64,000 nucleotides of DNA from an uncultured delta proteobacterium (GTDB lineage: Bacteria > Desulfobacterota > Binatia > Binatales > Binataceae), in assembly GCA_963842085.1 (NCBI GenBank), contig CAWJET010000001.1, positions 32,001 to 96,000 of the forward strand, in the 5' to 3' direction. Position 1 is the first letter of the stretch; the number at the start of each line of letters is the position of its first letter. The translations under genes were made by a program, and so were the position numbers. The notes under the pieces were generated by a model. That model was not told the origin of the DNA and ran no database searches. It saw only the letters and a program-made list of their open reading frames with translations. This document shows positions 59,890-64,000 of the stretch, one piece after another.

Positions 59890-59927
59890 GCTAGCCTCAT
59901 ATAAGGCGGAATTCGTGAGTCTTGAGG

Positions 59928-60350
59928 CTATCGCCTGTCCATTCCACTACGAGTGTTGGCTTGAAATTGGGTTTCGCTTTTAGACATCTCGTTGTCGAAC
60001 CAACTCCTCATCATCGGCATCACTTTCACTTTGAACTCCTCGGACGCCTCATCCGGATATTTCGTGCGCCGAACGGGATAAAAATACAATTCGCCTCCTC
60101 TTCCGTATTGCAGAAGCTTGCGAAATCTCGTGAGTTCGGACTCCGGATGCATCTTAAGCGAGGCAATTACTGGTCCAGCAAACTTCGGCCGAGGAGAGTA
60201 TCGAGCGTTCCATCTGCGCGTCAAAAACGATCTCTTGGGCCGTCCGAAGCCCACCCGATTAACGGCGGTCGAATCGAATGCGGTTCGAACGTCTCGCTCC
60301 GAGCAGGCAAACCGCTCACCTGACTGTGGTTTGATGGACTGTATGTGCAC
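59928..60350 (-). CDS. Hypothetical basic protein inside the duplicated-junction insert
   Basis: 140-aa ORF fills the insert; no family recognised. Confidence 0.45.
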   Translation of the reverse strand: MHIQSIKPQSGERFACSERDVRTAFDSTAVNRVGFGRPKRSFLTRRWNARYSPRPKFAGPVIASLKMHPESELTRFRKLLQYGRGGELYFYPVRRTKYPDEASEEFKVKVMPMMRSWFDNEMSKSETQFQANTRSGMDRR

Positions 60351-60365
60351 AATTCAATCTCGTAA

Positions 60366-60419
60366 AAATCCGGCCGTTCACGAATCAGCTTGATATCCAG
60401 CATTCAGAATGCGTTCCTC
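60366..60419. repeat. 54-bp direct repeat, copy 2
   Basis: Identical to 59836-59889. Confidence 0.92.
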
Positions 60420-60814
60420 AACAGTTCGATTTCCAGTCTCTTGCCCGACGCGTCAACCGCCACGATATCGAAGCGCATCTCGATTTCATCCGCTCGATAG
60501 CGCCGCGCAAAAACCTCCGCCGCGCGCCGCATCCGGTTTTGCTTGCGCTCATCGACGGCCTCTTCCGGCGCACCCGCCGCGCGCGAGCGTCGCGTCTTCA
60601 CCTCGACGAAGACGAGAGTCTCGCCGTCGATCGCGACCAGATCTATTTCCGCTCCGGCAGCGCGAAAATTCCGCGCGACGATCCGGTAGCCAGCGCGCCG
60701 CAGATACTTTTCCGCAGCCTGTTCGCCACGCCGACCTAGCGGAAGCTGCGCTCGAAGCTCCGCCAGCCATGCGACGGCCCGGCCGATCGAATCACGCAAT
60801 GTTATCTTATCCAA
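60404..60814 (-). CDS. yraN: YraN (UPF0102) endonuclease-like protein
   Basis: GRRGE..A..YL, ARNFR...EIDLV, VFVEVKTR, RFDIV. Confidence 0.9.
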   Translation of the reverse strand: MDKITLRDSIGRAVAWLAELRAQLPLGRRGEQAAEKYLRRAGYRIVARNFRAAGAEIDLVAIDGETLVFVEVKTRRSRAAGAPEEAVDERKQNRMRRAAEVFARRYRADEIEMRFDIVAVDASGKRLEIELLRNAF

Positions 60815-60900
60815 CCCGCCCCCATTCCCGCGAGGCTAGAAGGCCGCACCAGCCTCCGCAAGCTGCCCGGCCAGGCGAAAGCTCTTCTCACTAACCCCTT

Positions 60901-60964
60901 CTGACAGGGACGAAGTCCCGCATCTTTTCTTTCTTAGTACTGGGTGCAGGGGTCACCCCTGCCC
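60901..60964 (+). repeat. Structured intergenic repeat, copy C
   Basis: ctgaca-GGGAC-gaa-GTCCC-gcatc...ttagtactgggtgcaggggtcacccctgccc. Confidence 0.6.
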
Positions 60965-61072
60965 AAGGAAGCGTGAAACCCATGGTGGGTTTCGCATTCA
61001 ATGAAGTGATTTGCCCTTCCCCGCAACCCTGACATGGATCGCCCGGAATGTTACGATTTGCGCAGAACCATC

Positions 61073-61369
61073 ATGCCTGAAACGAAAATCACCCTCGAGC
61101 AGGTGCGCCACGTCGCACGCCTGGCGCGCCTCGAATTGTCGCCGGAAGACGAACAACGTCTGCGCGCCGACATGGACGAAATGCTCGCCTACGTGGTCAA
61201 ATTGAACGAGCTCGACACCAGGGACGTCGCGCCAACGACGCAGGTCGGCGAGGCCGGCATGCCGATGCGCGACGACCAAGTGACCAACCGGCCCGCCGCC
61301 GACGCGATGCTCGCCAACGCGCCTTCGCGCGAGCGCGGTTACTTCAAAGTGCCGAAAATCATCGAGTAG
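61073..61369 (+). CDS. gatC: Asp/Glu-tRNA amidotransferase subunit C
   Basis: [22 protein letters not shown]. Confidence 0.94.
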   Translation: MPETKITLEQVRHVARLARLELSPEDEQRLRADMDEMLAYVVKLNELDTRDVAPTTQVGEAGMPMRDDQVTNRPAADAMLANAPSRERGYFKVPKIIE

Positions 61370-61383
61370 AAATTCCCTCGAGC

Positions 61384-62844
61384 ATGGCATCGGAACTGAA
61401 CAAACTCACAATCGCCGAGGCGTCGGCGAAACTTCGCGCGCGCGAAATCACGGCGACGCAACTGACGCGCGATTGCCTGGACCGCATCGCCGCGGCCGAA
61501 CCCAAGCTCCATGCGTTCATCACGGTATGCGACAAGGAGGCGCTCGAGCAGGCGCGCGCGGCCGACGCTCGCCTCGCCGCGGGCAACGCGCCGGCGCTGT
61601 GCGGGATTCCGCTCGGCATCAAGGATATCTACGCGACCAAAGGCGTTCGCACGACCTGCGCGTCGCGAATTTTGGAGACGTTCGTGCCGCCGTTCGACGC
61701 GACCGTGATCGAGCGCCTGCGCGCCGACGGCGCGGTCTTCGTCGGCAAGACGAACATGGACGAGTTCGCGATGGGCTCGTCGACGGAGAACTCGGCGTTC
61801 GGCGCAACGATGAATCCGCATGATACCGCGCGCGTCGCCGGCGGCTCGTCGGGCGGCTCTGCCGCTGCGGTCGCGGCGCACGAATGCTTAGGTTCGCTCG
61901 GCACCGACACCGGCGGCTCGATTCGCGAGCCGGCGTCGTTCTGCGGCGTGGTCGGGATCAAGCCGACTTACAGCCGCGTCAGCCGCTATGGCGTGGTTGC
62001 ATACGCGTCGTCGCTCGACCAGGTCGGCCCGTTCACGAAATCGGTGCGCGACGCCGCGATAATCCTGCGCACTCTCGCCGGCAAGGACGTTCGCGACTCG
62101 ACCTGTTCGGCGCGGCCGGTGCCCGACTACGAACGCGCGCTGACGGGCAACGTGAAGGGGCTCAGAATCGGCGTGCCGCGGGAATATTTCGTCGAGGGGA
62201 TGCAGCCCGAAGTCGAGCAGTCGGTGCGCGCCGCGCTCAAGAACTACCAATCGCTCGGCGCCTCCACGGTTGAGATCTCGCTGCCGCATACCGGTTACGC
62301 GATCGCCGCCTATTACCTGGTCGCGACCGCCGAGGCGAGTGCCAATCTCGCGCGCTACGACGGTATCCGCTACGGCCTGCGCGTCAACGCCGAGGACAAT
62401 ATCGCGCTGTACGAAACCACCCGCGCGCAGGGGTTTGGCGCCGAGGTCAAGCGGCGGATCATGCTCGGCACCTTCGCGCTCTCGGCGGGCTACTACGACG
62501 CCTACTACCTGAAGGGCATGAAGGTGCGCACGCTGATTCGCAATGACTTCGAGCGCGCGTTCGAGAAGTGCGATCTGATCGTGACGCCGGTCGCCCCGAC
62601 CACCGCCTTCAAGCTCGGCGAGAAGATGAACGACCCGCTCACGATGTACCTGTCGGACATCTTTACGATTTCGGTCAACCTGGCAGGCCTGCCCGGGATG
62701 GCGATGCCATGCGGTTACGACGCCAGCAGCCTGCCGATTGGGATGCAACTAATCGCGCCGCCGTTCGCCGAGGAAACAATTCTGCGCGCGGGCGACGCGT
62801 TCGAGCGCTCAGGAGCGTTCAAGCCGCGGACGCCCGCGGTCTGA
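61384..62844 (+). CDS. gatA: Asp/Glu-tRNA amidotransferase subunit A
   Basis: [38 protein letters not shown]. Confidence 0.96.
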   Translation: MASELNKLTIAEASAKLRAREITATQLTRDCLDRIAAAEPKLHAFITVCDKEALEQARAADARLAAGNAPALCGIPLGIKDIYATKGVRTTCASRILETFVPPFDATVIERLRADGAVFVGKTNMDEFAMGSSTENSAFGATMNPHDTARVAGGSSGGSAAAVAAHECLGSLGTDTGGSIREPASFCGVVGIKPTYSRVSRYGVVAYASSLDQVGPFTKSVRDAAIILRTLAGKDVRDSTCSARPVPDYERALTGNVKGLRIGVPREYFVEGMQPEVEQSVRAALKNYQSLGASTVEISLPHTGYAIAAYYLVATAEASANLARYDGIRYGLRVNAEDNIALYETTRAQGFGAEVKRRIMLGTFALSAGYYDAYYLKGMKVRTLIRNDFERAFEKCDLIVTPVAPTTAFKLGEKMNDPLTMYLSDIFTISVNLAGLPGMAMPCGYDASSLPIGMQLIAPPFAEETILRAGDAFERSGAFKPRTPAV

Positions 62845-62855
62845 CGGAAATTGCG

Positions 62856-64000
62856 ATGAATCGGGAAGCATACGAGGCCGTGATTGGACTCGAGGTTCAC
62901 ACCCACCTCCTGACTCGCTCTAAACTCTTCTGCGGATGCTCGACCACATTCGGCGCAGGTCCAAACGAAAACGTCTGCCCGATATGCATGGGTATGCCCG
63001 GCGTTTTGCCAGTACTCAATCGGCGCGCGGTGGAACTGGCTATTCGAACTGGACTGGCGGCGCATTGTACTATAGCGTCCTACTCTATTTTCGATCGCAA
63101 AAGTTACTTCTACCCCGACCTGCCGAAGGGCTATCAGATTAGTCAGTACGAAACTCCAATTTGTAAAGGTGGCTATATCGATTTGCCGGCGACGGAGAAT
63201 GGCAACACGCGCCGAGTCAGGCTCACGCGAATCCATATCGAGGAAGATGCGGGCAAGAATATTCACGGTGAGAGCGCGAGCCTGGTCGATTTCAACCGCT
63301 CGGGCGTGCCGCTGATCGAGATCGTGAGCGAGCCCGACCTGCGCTCGGCCGAGGACGCGGGCGCGTACCTGCGCCAACTGCGCGCGATACTTCGCTACGT
63401 CGACGCGTCCGACGGCAAGATGGAGGAAGGCAGCTTCCGCTGCGATTGCAACGTGTCGATCCGCAAGCGCGGCGCAACTGAGTATGGCGTCAGGACTGAG
63501 ATAAAAAATCTCAACTCGTTCCGCTTCGTCGAAGACGCAATTGAGTATGAGGTCGGACGGCAAATCGAAGTTGTCGAATCGGGCGGCAAAATCGCGCAGG
63601 AAACTCATCTGTGGGATCCCGTCCGCAAGCAAACGCGCCCGATGCGCTCGAAAGAGTATGCGAATGACTATCGCTATTTCCCCGAGCCGGACCTGCCGCC
63701 GCTGATCGTGCCACCCGAGATGGTCGAGCAAGTGCGCGCGTCGATGCCCGAGCTGCCGGCCGACAGGAAAGCCCGCTACGTCCGCGAAGGACTGACGGAA
63801 TACGAGGCGGGCGTGCTGATCGCCGATCGCGACGTCGCCGACTACTTCGAAGCGACGCTGCCGGGAATCAAAAATCGCAAGAGCGCCGCGAACTGGGTGA
63901 TGACCGAAGTACTGCGCGTCGCGCGCGAGTCAAACAAACCGTTCGTCGAAGCGGTGCCTCCTGCGGCAGAAGTCGGCGCCCTGCTGCGGATGGTCGAAGC
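62856..64000 (+). CDS. gatB: Asp/Glu-tRNA amidotransferase subunit B (runs off window end)
   Basis: YEAVIGLEVH, FYPDLPKGYQISQ, EEDAGK, DYRYFPEPDL. Confidence 0.95.
   Translation, partial: MNREAYEAVIGLEVHTHLLTRSKLFCGCSTTFGAGPNENVCPICMGMPGVLPVLNRRAVELAIRTGLAAHCTIASYSIFDRKSYFYPDLPKGYQISQYETPICKGGYIDLPATENGNTRRVRLTRIHIEEDAGKNIHGESASLVDFNRSGVPLIEIVSEPDLRSAEDAGAYLRQLRAILRYVDASDGKMEEGSFRCDCNVSIRKRGATEYGVRTEIKNLNSFRFVEDAIEYEVGRQIEVVESGGKIAQETHLWDPVRKQTRPMRSKEYANDYRYFPEPDLPPLIVPPEMVEQVRASMPELPADRKARYVREGLTEYEAGVLIADRDVADYFEATLPGIKNRKSAANWVMTEVLRVARESNKPFVEAVPPAAEVGALLRMVE

Noticed and set aside
60221-60403. Second serS gene
   Set aside because: Only the first ~13 codons are duplicated; the rest is unrelated
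40263-63731. Long antisense ORFs (e.g. 40263-41981, 46179-47510, 48984-50081, 62715-63731)
   Set aside because: Shadow frames of well-supported GC-rich genes on the opposite strand
1-64000. CRISPR array or cas genes linked to the TPR-CHAT
   Set aside because: No repeat-spacer array or Cas ORF seen in the window

Overview
GC-rich bacterial chromosome segment. The gene content and style are compatible with a Binatota/Deltaproteobacteria-like soil bacterium, but that is an inference. 1-10.5 kb: a GT-C/GT87/GT2/methyltransferase surface-glycosylation cluster (partly decayed), GST, msrA and modABC. 10635-39608: a ~29 kb integrative element bounded by a perfect 40-bp direct repeat that is the 5' half of tRNA-Arg(CCU). 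It carries a tyrosine integrase/XRE/Xis module, a sensor-less sigma54 activator, a TetR-controlled sulfatase/esterase/oxidoreductase cassette, an ssb-ardC leading region, a truncated type I hsdM, two inverted IS3-family copies and GNAT/NUDIX/GFA/AraC cargo. The most notable object lies between the two IS copies: an ECF sigma factor, a zinc anti-sigma/membrane/trypsin protease fusion, a lipoprotein TPR-CHAT (caspase-like) protease, small secreted proteins and a truncated WNK-like kinase. Two matching ECF-type promoters (GGAAAAA-N10-CAGGAGTC) and a TRGA motif shared by both proteases suggest a CRISPR-independent, extracytoplasmic protease cascade controlling a sigma factor. 39.7-64 kb: core genes (ilvD, ABC exporter, SDR, CPA2 antiporter, LLM oxidoreductase, tRNA-Arg(ACG), pstCAB-phoU-phoB-phoR, serS, yraN, gatCAB), plus a small insert flanked by a 54-bp duplication at the yraN-serS junction and a structured intergenic repeat family. 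No CRISPR array or rRNA was seen.
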